The position numbers and the translations under genes were made by a program. The notes under the pieces are model-generated. The model searched no databases. It was not told where the DNA came from and saw only the letters and a list, made by a program, of their open reading frames with translations. DNA of 64,000 nt from Antedon mediterranea (taxonomy: Eukaryota; Animalia; Echinodermata): assembly GCF_964355755.1 (NCBI RefSeq), contig NC_092676.1, positions 23,144,871 through 23,208,870 of the forward strand. Direction: 5' to 3'. Below, piece after piece: positions 36,901 through 50,220 of this stretch (positions are counted from its first letter, which is position 1; each line of letters starts with the position of its first letter).

Positions 36901-38339
36901 ATATTTATGGACAAATAAAATTTCTTGAATCTTGAATCTTATAACAAAGAACTTATAACACAAGAATCTCCTGTTCGTCCAAAGCGCGTAACAATTTCGA
37001 AAGGCATTGTGGGATAGAATAGAGCTATGGGTGGCGCCATTGTGAGCCATGGAGTAGGGCGCCCGCATCAAATTAGAAAGTCAAAATCATAGAGGGGATC
37101 TGCTAATACTCTAGGGGGGGGGGGGGGTATAGAGTAATTGACTTCCTAGTTTGGAGGGGGCGCTGCTCCATGCTGTGAAATGGCGTCGCCCAGTTTGACC
37201 TTTTAACCCTGTACTTCCGATACTGTGTTTTGAATGCAAATTGAAGAACAGGAGATTCTTGTGTTATAAGTTCTTTGCTTATAAGTATAGTTGACAGTCC
37301 GAACCATCACATAAGGAAATGTGCTGAATGCTGTAAACTTAAGTACACAAACACCAAACATTTTAAATCATATTATCAAATATCCTAACAAATATCATAT
37401 TTACTAAACAGAAGACGTATTTTTATTTTAAGGAAGCTACCAAAAAATTTCAAGTAAATGAAGAAAATGGTACATCAACTTTACTAATCCGAGTCACAGT
37501 ATAGGGCTTTTCTTGACAAAATGTTATTTGTATTTTAATTTAAAGAGAAGCTACCAAAACCAACCACCGATGTACACAAGATACAATACTCAACCTGCTC
37601 CGTCGGTGATTATCAGGAGGAACAGGCCTAACAATTACCTCTTTCAAGCCATACTCGTAACATTGTTTTGCTGTTGTCCATTTGGAACTATTGGTCTTTG
37701 TTACAGTGTGGAAGTACGTTGATAATACTCTTGGCAAACATTGTTTTTACAGTATAGAGCTTTTCTTGACAAAATGTATTTTTTTATAATCTTAAATTGA
37801 TTATTTTGTCTACAACATTCTAATTTCATACAATTTTTTTCACAACATTATAAACTTAATAACAAAATCAGTTTAAAAAGACACAATTAAATTAATCCCA
37901 AGCGGCGCCCCGTAATGTTATTAGTAGGCCTATTATTTACCGGTATTTCAGATTCTTGTTTTGGCAAGAGGCTGACGTACTAATAATTGTAGTTTGATAC
38001 ATAGTTCATTGTTTACAAACTGCATGGTATAGGACTAATATTTGTTTTTTTCAAAACTGAACTTGTATCACAGCCTATTATCCCGGACTTGACATTCAAC
38101 TATTATTGATAACGGATGTTTTCTAATCGGTTTTCGGTTGATTTTTGAATTTTCAGAGTTCACAAAGGTTTGACGGAGGTGACGTGGAAGGCGCTGAAAG
38201 TTCCGCTAATATGGCACAAAAATGGTCGATTGCCGGGCTTGTGTGTGGAATTTTGGCCATTATTCCTGCTGCTGTCATCCTTGTATGGTTTACAGTTTTG
38301 AGGGCCAATTCTTCCTATGATCCATACGGACAAGAATAA
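33913..38339 (+). CDS. CD225/dispanin family protein D1 (IFITM/PRRT1-like), ~138 aa
   Basis: Exons 33913-33949, 34766-34794, 37546-37713 and 38157-38339 are in frame. The CD225 core reads PNNYLFQAILVTLFCCCPFGTIGLCYSVE|SSQRFDGGDVEGAESSANMAQKWSIAG, followed by a hydrophobic C-terminal helix. The 5' exons are inferred from splice signals and phase only. Confidence 0.82.
34352..34531. mobile_element. Short Kolobok-like TIR element (same termini family as 45160-45685)
   Basis: AGATATTTTGTCCCC...GGGGACAATATGTCT|TTAA. Confidence 0.55.
35030..35365. repeat. Degenerate minisatellite, ~48 bp unit
   Basis: CTGCGACACGTACTTATTCAGTATTCGAC recurs about six times. Confidence 0.85.
35449..36635. repeat. Tandem triplication of a ~405-410 bp intronic unit
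   Basis: AGAAGACGTATTTTTATTTTAAGGAAGCTACCAAAC at 35449, 35853 and 36263. Confidence 0.93.
36945..37277. mobile_element. Non-autonomous P-superfamily-like MITE
   Basis: 32-bp perfect TIR CAAAGAACTTATAACACAAGAATCTCCTGTTC; 7-bp TSD CTTATAA at 36938-36944 and 37278-37284. Confidence 0.85.
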
Positions 38340-38431
38340 TTACTTGCTGCAAATCAACATTATATGGAAATGACTCAATACTTTCCTATGTTTAAATCAT
38401 TTATCAAAATTCACCTGTATTAAGTCTGATT

Positions 38432-39242
38432 TTGTAATAACCTGTCGTATTTGAACAAACTTGTCGTATTCTATAACTTGTCATATTCTGTAATAACCTG
38501 TCGTATTCTGTAATAACCTGTCGTATTCTGTAATAAACCTGTCGTATTCTGTAATAAACCTTTCGTATTCTGTAATAACTTGTCGTATTCTGTAATAAAC
38601 CTGTCGTATTCTGTAATAACTTGTCGTATTCTGTAATAAACCTGTCGTATTCTGTAATAAACCTGTCGTATTCTGTAATAAACCTGTCGTATTCTCTAAT
38701 AACTTATCGTATTGTGTAATAACCTGTCGTATTCTGTAATAACCTGTCGTATTCTGTAAATAACCTGTCGTATTCTGTAATGTCCTGTCGTATTCTGTAA
38801 TAACTTGTCGTATTCTGTAAGAACCTGTCGTAATCTGTAATAACTTGTCGTATTCTGTAATAACCTGTCGTATTCTGTAATAACCTGTCGTATTCTGTAA
38901 TAACCTGTCGCATTCTGTAATAACCTGTCGTATTCTGTAATAACCTGTCGTATTCTGTAATAACTTGTCGCATTCTGTAATAACTTGTCGTATTCTGTAA
39001 TAACCTGTTGTATTCTGTAATAACCTGTCGTATTCTGTAATGTCCTGTCGCATTCTGTAATAACTTGTCGTATTCTGTAATAACTTGTCGTATTCTGTAA
39101 TAACCTGTCGTATTCTGTAATAACCTGTCGTATTCTGTAATGTCCTGTCGTATTCTGTAATGTCCTGTCGTATTCTGTAATGTCCTGTCGTATTCTGTAA
39201 TAACCTGTCGTATTCTGTAAATAACCTGTCGTATTCTGTAAT
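38432..39242. repeat. 20-bp minisatellite, ~40 copies, just 3' of the D1 stop
   Basis: (TATTCTGTAATAACCTGTCG)n. Confidence 0.97.
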
Positions 39243-39339
39243 ATCATATTTTGTAACAAAATTGTCGTATTTTATATAAAAAAAAAACTTGTGGTATTTT
39301 GTAGTAAATTAATCAATTACAAATACCCCAGTTTAAATT

Positions 39340-40118
39340 AACAAGGCCAACAGCCATTAAGTCGCGTGCTACAATGCATAGTGATACCGGACCGACAGAC
39401 AGACCGACAGACCGACAGACAGACAGACAGAGAGACCGACCGACCGACATAGTGAACTATACTGACCGAAATTACTGAACATGTTTAAAAATGTTGAAAT
39501 GTTTAAAAACATTTATTTTTTTTAAATTTACACGTGCGTAGCCTGTCACTTTCGACGTGCTCGTATAACGTAATTTCGAGTTGAAAAGTAAGTCAAGAAA
39601 ACAGAAATCGGGCAAAAAGAGTGCGCAATAACATTTAACGCGCAGTGCGCGCGCAAAAATATGCGCACTCATGGCAATTTTGTAAACGCTTAAAATTGCC
39701 TGAAATGTACTCTTATTTCATCGAAAATAAATTTTGAAAATGTTAAGCGCGTACGCATGCGTTACATGCGCTACGCACGTAATTGTATTGCCATATGATG
39801 ATTTATGCCCTGAAATTTATGAGTACCAAATTTTATTTAATTGTGATTCATGGTTGTGAAGATATGATTACAAACGTGATTTCGTTAAATCGTGCGTAGA
39901 CCGCGTAATTTTTTATTGCGCACCGTGAAAACATAACCACATTGATTCCTGGCCATAAGGAATATACTGTGAAAAATTGACCTAGCTAGATTAAACTGAT
40001 ATCAAGATAAGGTCAGAAAGCGATAAAACGCATAGTGATACCGGACCGACAGACAGACAGACCGACAGAGAGACCGACCGACCGACATAGTGAACTATAG
40101 AGTCGCTTCCACGCGACT
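39340..40118 (-). mobile_element. Helentron-associated non-autonomous element (HINE/DINE-1-like)
   Basis: On the minus strand: TT-AGTCGCGTG 5' subTIR, (GTCG/GTCT)n microsatellites, 3' CACGCGACT subTIR, a GGC..GCC hairpin and a TTGTT end. No TSD. The site is empty in duplicate copy 2 (~50423). Confidence 0.85.
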
Positions 40119-41219
40119 AAAAACATCAGAATTCTTCATTACTGTCTCTGGTCCACAATTATGGAATGACAACTTTAAGACACCACAATCTATTATTGTG
40201 TTTCGGGCCAATGCTAAAAAATACTTAATTTCTTTATATAATGATTAATCTGATGTCGTAGGCCCCTATTTGTTTGTTTTTATTTTTTATTGATTTATTG
40301 TCTCAATGACCTTATATGTTTACTTGGTAATTATATTATTTTAGTTTGATAGGCTCTTCACACGTGACAAGAATAATTTATTCTTCTAGTATAGATCCAA
40401 TATGATTCTACTTGATTTGTTGTCTATTATGTAAATATTTTCTGTATTCATGTCATATTGAAATAAAAATAACCGTTGACGGAAAAAAAAGCTGTCGTAT
40501 TTTGTAATAAAGTCTGTCGTATTTTGAAAACGTTCTAACTTACCTAGTTATGCATGTTCTTTCAATAGAGTACTTGTCTTAAAAATATATTATTGTTTGA
40601 TGTTGCGTTTTTTAAGTTACGATGTCAAGATCACATTTGTAACATCTAATTTAAATAATTGATTTATGTTTCAAATATTTCTACCAAGAATTTCTATAAT
40701 ATCAGTTGGTTGATAGAATATATTATACTTTATATGAATTACATTGGTCCAGGTGGATGGTTGGACCCAAACGTATTGTTGCATTGTATTCAAGTGTTCA
40801 TTTGTAGTTGTACTAATTTGTTATTGCATTTTACGAGCGGAAAGGGATTCCACCTGATAGTGTACTGTTTATTTCCTTTACTATACAATCCATAATATTA
40901 GAACTACAGTACTGTATTAATGTTACGGTAAAGTAAACTTTATTATTTAGATTGTAATTAGGTCGGTTGACAGTCCGAACCATCACACAATGAAATGTGC
41001 TGAATGTTGTAAACTTAAGTACACAAACACTAAACACTTTAAGTCATATTCTGTGGTCACGAATTTATTCGACAACAAATATCCTAACAAATTTCACATT
41101 TACTAAACCGGAGACGTATTTTTATTTTAAGCACGCTACCAAACAATTTAAAGTAATTGAAAAAAGAAATGGTACAATTATCAACTTTACTACACCGAAT
41201 GCTTTATTTGTCATTTAAG

Positions 41220-41822
41220 GGAAGCTACCAAAACCAACCCACGATGTACACCACATACAATACTCAACCTGCTCCGGTGATTATCAGGACGACCAGGCCT
41301 AACAATTACCTCATTCCAGCCATACTCGTAACATTGTGTTGCTGTTGTCCATTTGGAACTATTGGTATTTTTTACAGTGTGAACGTACGTTAATAAATAC
41401 AATAATAAATAAATAATAATAAATACTTTTGGCAAACATTATCGGATTTTGCTACAGTATATATTATTAGTAGGCCTATTATTTACCAGTAATTCAGATT
41501 CTTGTTTTGGAAAGAGGCTGACGTACATTAATTGCAGTTTAATACACAGTTCATTGTTTACAAACTGCAAACTGAACCTGTATCACAGCTTATTATTATG
41601 ATTTTATTTAATTTGTTACAAATTGTTAATAATTGGTTTTTGGTTGAATTTTTTCAGAGTTCACAGAAGTTTGACAGCGGAGACGTGGAAGGCGCTGAAA
41701 GTTCTGCTAATGTGGCAAAAAACTGGTCGATTGCTGGCCTTCTGTGTGGGCTTTTGGTTGTTGTTGCTGTCATCATTTTAGAATTTACAGTGTTGAGCGC
41801 CAGTTCATACGGGCAAGAATAA
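41220..41822 (+). CDS. CD225/dispanin 3'-half cassette D2 (two intact exons, no clear own 5' exons)
   Basis: Exons 41220-41384 and 41658-41822 read GSYQNQPTMYTT...PNNYLIPAILVTLCCCCPFGTIGIFYSVN|SSQKFDSGDVEGAESSANVAKNWSIAG...YGQE*. Confidence 0.8.
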
Positions 41823-43737
41823 TTCTTGTTGCAAAATATTAAGAAAGTGTCGGTAACCAATTCTGGTCATTTCGATACCCTGTTACCTCTAGCCCCCCTC
41901 CCTATGGCTGTTTCAGTATACAAAGTCTCGGCGCAGAAAATGATTAGGCAAATAGTATAGTCTAAGCTGTAAATATTCGTGGTGCATACAGGATACATAT
42001 TGACTCGGCAGGTATGTTTCCGATAGGCCTAATACGTACCACATCCTGTTCGGAAAGTGTTCAACCCAATTGTTGTATTTCTGGTCCGTCTCAAGTAAAC
42101 CGGACGTAATAACCAAAGCTTACTAAAATTTGTAAAAAAAATATATGATAAATTTGAATAAGAACGTGCAAACATTCCTAAACATTTGTTAAAAAGAAAG
42201 CTGTTACTCTTATTTGTACATACGAATTAAAACAGAAACACGACAGAGATATACAACTGAATTTTTGTTTGTCTCTTGTGGGTTTCCCACTTTTATTTTA
42301 TCATCGTTAAGATATTTCATTCATTATGATGTTTACCATTATACATTATCTAATCTAATTCATCATAATTACAGTATTTGGTTTGTAACATGCTACAGAG
42401 CATAAGCTATTAAACTATTTGAAGTATAAGAAAGTAGAAAACATGTATGTAGGCCTACCAATATAACATACATCTATACATACATCATATTCATGATAAC
42501 ATTTTTTTTCTTCATTGAAACTTAATTATCAAATTATCTATTTGTTTTATTTTTCTATTTATACATTTATAGATCACCATAATTTTAGTTAAATTGTGAT
42601 TAGGCCTAACGTATTTGTTTGCCATTATACAATTATTAACACATCTCATGATTCATATAATATTTTAAACAATGTATATGTTACTAACATATGCATATAT
42701 ATAATAAAGGAAAGTATTACACTGTAACACAAGTCAATAATTTGATATTAAATATTGAATTGCAAATATTAATGTATACATCTTAACCTTTACACGTTTA
42801 ATGCATTGTATGAAAAGTTAATTATTGTGAATATTTATCTGGTCTGTAGTAATATTCATTTATCATCAGGCTGTAATGGGGTTTTTTTTCATCAAAACTT
42901 TAACCGATCCAAAATTTGTTTCGCTTTTATCTAAAATAATATTTATTATGTTTAGCCTAAATATTTGAAACAACGTTCACCCGTTCCTCCTCCATTTTAC
43001 CACTCCGCTTGTGAAAGAAATCGAGAAAGAAATTCTACTCCTAGGCCTATATAAATGTTCAATTTTTTTGACGAAAAATGGACTAGCTAATATCAAAATT
43101 CAGTAAAAAAAATAAGCCAAAAATATGTCACTATGACATTTGTGTACAAACAATTTGATATAGGCCTACATTCAAATGATTCTTTAATGTAATTTGTTGG
43201 GTTTTTTTTATTTGAGGATAGACCAATACAAATTGTACGCAAGAAGGATATTTAAACCAATTCAAAGGTGAAAAGTCCGTAATTGCGGACATTAAATTGA
43301 TCACATCACTTTGTCTATGGAAGCCAATTGTCCTAATTAAAGGTTACAGTGGAATTATACAAAAATTTCCCAACGAATTTTAAATTATCTCCCGGATGTA
43401 TCAATGACTAATGAAATTTCTTTCTTTCCGTTGAATGGCGGACCAAAGTCCTGGTGACAATACTGACATTTATGAATAGACATGGACATTTTATTTTCTA
43501 TGTATTACTTTTACAGCACTAAGAGACAGATTATTAAATGCTATAAACATTAGATTAAGTGTTAGAACAACCGCGAATGCTATTGTATTCAATATCTCAG
43601 TCAGTCTGATTGGTTCATGTTCTTTTTGTATCGGTGTCCGTCAACAATAAACGCGTTAGCGTTGCACACATCAAACAATCCTGTGGAGATTACATGACTT
43701 CCTCCATAATGGCGTAATCTCAACAAAAGATATTCTG

Positions 43738-43843
43738 ATTGGTTTAAAAACTTTATTAGTTTATGGGATATGGAGCAGCGATTTTGATTGGTGGAATTAA
43801 GATTTATTGATTGATTACGTCGGTCATGTGGAGGTCTATAAAA
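43738..43843 (+). promoter_or_regulatory. Probable core promoter of D3: two reverse CCAAT boxes and a TATA box
   Basis: ATTGG at 43738 and 43787; TATAAAA at 43837, ~110 bp before ATG 43947; same layout at 63822-63906. Confidence 0.65.
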
Positions 43844-43946
43844 GATCTCGATATTGTGCATAGATCAAAGCAAACTCAAATTCGATTTAATTCGTTCGGT
43901 CTAGGAGGACTACTTTCAATCTAGGAGGGACTTCATTATATTAACA

Positions 43947-46900
43947 ATGTCATCAGAAAAATATCAAGGTAGGATTATTAACATTTGTTATTTTACATTA
44001 CAATACGTCTTATAGAATATTTCATGTCATCAATGGTCTGTTTCCAAAACCAAATTATACTTAGATAATTTTTACCGCGTTCTTATAAAATAATTTCCTA
44101 AACATATCGTTTATTCCGACTTTTGATACATTATCGCATGGTCGCGCTTCAGCTTTCATAAATTGTATTTTGTTTAGAAAACACGTATTATAAAAACAAG
44201 CAAGCTAGTATAAAAGCGCATGTTAAAAGTCTGGTATTTTACATATGTCAACTTGGCCGACATAGGCCTAACATTTCCATCAGTGGCCGCGGCGTACACA
44301 TCATTTACCAGGAAGTTGTGCCTCTTTTGGGTTAAATTTAGACCTAAATTTTGTTGTTGTCAAGTTAGGAACTCTGGCTAGACCAAACAGGTTGTTGGCT
44401 CCCTAGTAGCAACTTGAACCTCCCGTCGTGATCGACTTGTGCATATTTTGAAGGAAGATTAAATCAATATTCCGTAATATTTTCCCATTTTTCCCTCATT
44501 GTGTACTCAGTTATTGTTATCTGACATCTGTTACTTTTTAATATTTGGATAAAAACCAAAACTCCTTCTTCAAAAATGCCAATAGAGTTGTATCTGTGTG
44601 CTATGTTTATTCTACATCAAATTCTTTTTTTTTAGATTCATTTAGGCCTAGTTATTTCATTTATTTTATTTGAAGTAAGGTTTCGGAAGTTATATTTTTT
44701 TTAACTGAAAAGAAGCTCAGTTTAAATACATTTTAACAGGCGTCTCGATAAAACCGTTTCTTTTGAAACAAATAACACATACAATATTAATTTTTGATAA
44801 CCTTGATAAAATAAGTAAATATATGCTATGCGTAGACTTTTTTGCCCTTAGTGTGGTATGATTCCGTCCTGTACCGATTGTTAAGATTAAGGTTCAGATA
44901 AATTAAAACTATTTTTCCGTAATGCAGCTTTACAATTTTAGGTATATAGATGTTTAACATTTCAAAAACATCTATTATATTATTAAATCTATTATTCTCA
45001 ATTTGAATGAGTCGGTCAAAAACATGTACTGATGTTTAGGCTCTGATCAGGAAAATTGTAAAGCAGATATATTACTACCATATTTGGGCAAATCACACTT
45101 TTTTTGTCACATAACATTTGATAATGTAAACAGGAATTTATATTGCTTACCTTGATTAAAGATGTATTGTCCCTTGAAACACAAAAAAATGAAGGTCAAA
45201 ATATACTAAATTTTAATTGGCCATATCAAAGTAATATTAAAGTTATTCACTTTAAGTCGAAAATTCAAGCCAAAAACAAAAATTTTACGTAATTAACAGC
45301 TAAATTAATTTGATTACATTTCGTCTGGAAAATAGCGAGCAAAAGTAAACAAAGATTTCAAACCATGAGTATAATTAGGATTGTTTACAACTCATCACGG
45401 TTAAAAGTTGTTTTCACACAGATCGCGCGGAAGTTTTATGATTTTGCATACAGAGTAGCCAAATAAGCGCATTGCATATGAGATATGTTTTGATCGAAAA
45501 CTTTGACTGGAAGTCAAAGTTATTTTTTTAACCAAAAAACGTCTGTATTTCAGTTAAATGATTTTTGTTTCCGACTAATTTTTGGTGAAAGTTAATAACT
45601 ATTATGATACTTCAAAATGACCCACTTTTTTTCGAAATTTTTTAATTTTAATTTTTTTGGAATTTGACAAAGGGACAATACATCTTTAAATATGCGTTTC
45701 AGTCATTTTTACATTTTAGATCCTTCAGCTCAAACGAATCCCGGTTATCCAGTAGTTACGGTGAGTTACCTTATTTTATGTTTTAGAATATAATCCCACC
45801 TTGTAAAGTGACTTGATAGGCAGCCAAAAATTAACTTATTTCACTGTTTACGTAAATTGAGTTACAATAGTGCAAGTCTGATGTTACGAATAAAGTTCTC
45901 TCATATTATTAATATCGGTGGAGAAACTCCATTCATAGTTTTAAAAAACAGAACTAATGATAGTTGAAATTAATTTTTTTAAACAAATGTCTGGAATGTT
46001 ACTTCCAAAATTCAATCTTCATCAGCGCTGGTGCAATCCTCCAATTGAACCTCTATGGTGCAATAATCTTCCAATTGCACCTCCATGGTGCGTAGTCTGT
46101 AATGTTACTGCAATTTAGGATGATGATTGTGCAAAATCTTATTATTTTTCTAGTTGATTTGTTTTCCTTTGTTTTTTTAGTTATTGTTTAACATGGATGT
46201 ACTATCTGAAATAAAAGAAGTTAATCAATGAATTAGTAGTCCTATTTGATAAATACTATAAACGTGCGTTATGAGAGTATTGTGTAAAGTGTAAACTATA
46301 TTGTACAATAAATGGGAATTTCAGTTATATTTGTTACATATAGTATAGTACAATAAGAACCATCATCTTGGGCACCAGTATTCAGAGGAGATCCATAAGG
46401 GGGGGGGGGGACACTTTACCGTGAAACGAACGAGAAGCAATACATGTTTCAACCCCTGTTCAACCTTATGTATTTATCAACAAACTTTTTGCCAATGATT
46501 AATATATAAAATAAGTTAAATAAATAAATACATTTACAGCTAAATGGTGTCCTTCTCAGTCTAGGCCTATTACACGTAAAAGTCGTATGTGTGCCTCCGA
46601 CGGGATGTTTGTTTGCCAACTTAAGTACCGTAAACATTTTAATGTGTTCTTATTTATTTTTTTATAGAATCCCCCTCCTGCCTACCAGCCACCACAAGGT
46701 TATCCAGCAGGACAAGTAAGTTACTTAAATATATTTTCAGAAAAAGCATATGTTGACATTAAGAATTATATTCCATATTTCTCACAGTAAGCCTCCAACT
46801 CTACCACCGTCTAGTTGTTTTTTTAAATATATTTTCATACGCATCCAACAGCGAGCAGTTCGCAAATTATAGGATGGATAAACCAAGGATGAGGGAAATT

Positions 46901-48000
46901 ACACTCTTTCCTATCAACCAGAGGACCATTTTAACGGGTTATTCTCTGCTATGTCATATTCTGTTTATTTGATGAAGATGAATTGAGTTCATTTTGGTGT
47001 CGTATTATTGTTTTGTTTTATACGAAATACCAATACAAATTACAGACAGTAAAAAGTTCGCCAATTACAGGATGGATAAACTATTTTATAATTCATCGTG
47101 ATTATCTCACTTGAAACGTAGGGGGTTGGAAGAACTAGGTCAGGATTGAACCCGGGAAGTTAAGCACGTTAACCACCAGCGCAGCCCCACTTTCATTAAG
47201 ACCAACAGTAAAAAACACCTTATCGCTCTATAATCACATTATTACTTTTATGTTTTCAGCCTGCCTACCCACCACAACCCCAACCTGCAGGTTACACCGC
47301 CTACAATGTCCAGCCCGTTCCAGTGACCACAATAACGACCGTAAGAACCAGGCCTAACAATTACCTCATTTCAGCTATACTTGTGACGTTATGCTGCTGT
47401 TGTCCATTTGGACTTATCGGAATTATCTACAGTGTAGATGTAAGTTTATCCTTTTCTCCCTTAAACTTAAACTAAATTAAAAATATTCAATAATACAATT
47501 ATTTGTTTTCTAAAAAATATAAACATAATCCTATGTCGTTTCCATTTTTTTTAAAAACTTAATATTGTTTTTAACTGTTCCCTATACGACAGAAACGACA
47601 GTATTGTACCCCTTCCCCTGGATACGATTTACCATATTTTGTCGGTGATAAAAAATCATAATATTTTATTGTATATTCCGGGCGTCCGGGCAAATTCTGG
47701 AGCCAGCACTATGTACGGGGAGAGTAATCTGCTTTTGGTTTTAAAAATCAATGACGTGCTATATGAAAACAGGTTTTACGAATATTTTGAGCTGTTATGT
47801 TTTAACATGTCGATTATTTTGTTTTTCAGAGTACGAGTAAGTTTGATAGTGGTGATGATGCAGGCGCCGCAAGCTCGGCTCGAACAGCCAAAAGCTGGAC
47901 TATTGCTGGGCTGGTGTGTGGTATTATATGTATCACTATCTACGTCATATTGCAAGTTATCGCCGCGTCCAGCACTAATTCATATTCATATTCGTATTAA
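43947..48000 (+). CDS. CD225/dispanin family protein D3 with a Pro/Tyr-rich N-terminus (PRRT1/IFITM-like), 153 aa
   Basis: Exons 43947-43968, 45720-45760, 46668-46715, 47260-47439 and 47830-48000 are in frame. They read MSSEKYQDPSAQ...NPPPAYQPPQGY...PNNYLISAILVTLCCCCPFGLIGIIYSVD|STSKFDSGDDAGAASSARTAKSW. Confidence 0.88.
45160..45685. mobile_element. TTAA-target TIR element (Kolobok-like); duplicate at 55634-56176
   Basis: TTAA|AGATGTATTGTCCCT...AGGGACAATACATCT|TTAA. Confidence 0.8.
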
Positions 48001-49514
48001 TAGCCGAACAGAAAAGGAAATACGACATGATGAAGATCCGTATATATACCCAGCGCAAATTATAGAAGCCGTTTGTTATGTTATTATTCTTGATCTGTGG
48101 ACCGTTCGGTTTGATTTGTGGGTGAGGAGTCTCGATACTTTTTAGTGCCTGGACAACACCTCTGTCTCATTCTTTAACTTTTCTTCAAATTGTATGTAAA
48201 AACGTTTGCAGTATATTTACCACCTCGCTGCCGATAGTTGGTAGGAAATTAGACATAATCCTTTTTCTAGTTGCCTGTCTAGTCAATCTCTTCTTCTTTC
48301 CATCTTACAGCCTAAATTTACAAACTTGTTCCGTTTCACGGTGCAGTTAGTTCAATTCCTGATTTTCATTATTTAACAAAACCGTCATCCGTTCTGTGAA
48401 ACGGAACAATATCTTACTCTATGGCATGACTGTGGTTCACGCTTATGTCTCCATGACCCTGTCATGGAGACATACGTTTCTGTTATTGTGTTGTATTATT
48501 GTATATATATTTTTTATTTTCACCTTTATTGTGTATCAATGTAATTTAAGACTTTGTATTGAATGATTAATTAATGTTTAGAGAGTAATAAAGTGGGAAA
48601 AGAATGGAAATGTGTTTACTTTATTTGATTTTTATTCAGTGAGTCGTCTGCTGAGCACACTTCGTGCTTTGTCAGTCATTACGAAAACGTTGTTTCGCAT
48701 AGTAGGCCTACTTATACCAGGGAGTTGCTCCGGCCTGCTTATACTATGTGCAAAATAATGATGCTAGGACATATACAGACAATGCCACCACTACAAACAC
48801 ACTTAAACAAAAATATACAATATCTACACCTACCGCATAGGCTGTTGTCCTGATATGACGGATTTCAACAATCGTACACTTTTCCATATTTTCTCGAAAA
48901 CAGATCATTCTGATTGGGTTATTAATAATAATAGATATATTTATATTGCGCAAATAAACAACGTCTCTATGCGCTCAACAATAAAGAAATAGAAAGAGTA
49001 CAAAAAAGACAAAAAAAACCATCAAGCTAGCACCCAAACCGGAGTATGGGGATACACCATCACCGCTAACTGGTGTGTAAGTACCCCAGTTAGCATCGGT
49101 TAAGTCTTTTCAGGGATCCGGTGCCTCCAGTCTACTAGTAAAGAAACAACAACAGGCAAGAAAGGTGAACAAAAGCAAAAATAAAAAAAGGATTACAACG
49201 AGGCGATTGTGTAATAAACTTTTTAGAAAATCCCTTGTTTAGTTTAGATTTGAATTTCTTGCATTGAAGGTACATTTCTTTTGTTAAGACTTCTTTTGTT
49301 CTTGTTCTATCGTTTCAGTCCACCTGTATCAAATTTGCATAGCCAAGTTCTATAAGTAATCAAGGCTTGGCTTAGGAGAGAGCATTTTAAGTAAGTTGAA
49401 TTCCATGTTGTACCTTGTTTAAATACCTTATTGGACATTATACCATATTGGATACTACTGTACCTTGTTGAATTCTGAATTGAAAAGTTTGATTTTGAAA
49501 ACTTGTATCTGTTA

Positions 49515-49750
49515 TTTATTTTATTTTTATTTTTTATTTTATTTTATTCAATCAAAACCAACAGCGATAAATACCGCCACTAACAGGTTTGAAACATAAA
49601 ACAATACAACATCAAAAACGGTTAACAATAAAATACAGATAAAATATATATATATATATATAAAACATAGATCGGCATGCCATAAACAATTTCAATTAAA
49701 ACAGGTTATGCAGGCTGTTCAAGAAGTGAATTTATATTTATTTATTTTTT
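49515..49750 (-). mobile_element. 5'-truncated retroposon 3' end; present in copy 1 only
   Basis: Absent at the matching site of copy 2 (~60340). Its reverse complement matches ~63190-63410, which ends in an (AATAA)n tail. Confidence 0.65.
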
Positions 49751-49959
49751 ATACACCTTGTACTTATTTATAGAAAGCCAGCAATGTAAGTTTAGTTTAT
49801 TATCATTAATTTAGTTGTTCTTATACTCTAGGCGTAGTTTTTCGTGTTTATTCTGTTGATATATATTTGCTATTTGTTTAATAGAAATGTTCTTATTTTA
49901 ATTCCTTATAGTTTGAACAGTCATAGTTTGAGCCGTCATGTTCTGACTAAATCATAATA

Positions 49960-50220
49960 AATTAACAACTCAATTTTACTCCTATTTTCTAAATTGTAAT
50001 AATTCTTACAACACCAGATCTTCAACAACTGCAAAAAAACCTAATATACGAAAAACATACAATTTTACTTAGAATAACATCTTTTATTTACAAAGGACCT
50101 TATTATATGGAATAACTTACCACTCAATCTAAAAGCAATACCCCTCATAAATTCATTTAAACAAAATGCAAACAGATACTTATTTCAAACTATTTCGAAC
50201 ATTAGTATTCATAATTGCCT
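49960..50220 (+). mobile_element. Decayed CR1/L2-type LINE ORF2 C-terminal remnant (duplicate at ~60570-60810)
   Basis: Fragments translate as SYNTRSS...FIYKGP...WNNLPLNLKAIP...FKQ. Confidence 0.5.

Noticed and set aside
38481-39259. Long minus-strand ORFs of 187-190 aa
   Set aside because: They are translations of the 20-bp minisatellite, with the same peptide in all frames
47639-48145. 168-aa ORF
   Set aside because: Out-of-frame overlap of the true D3 last exon and its intron; not conserved in copy 2
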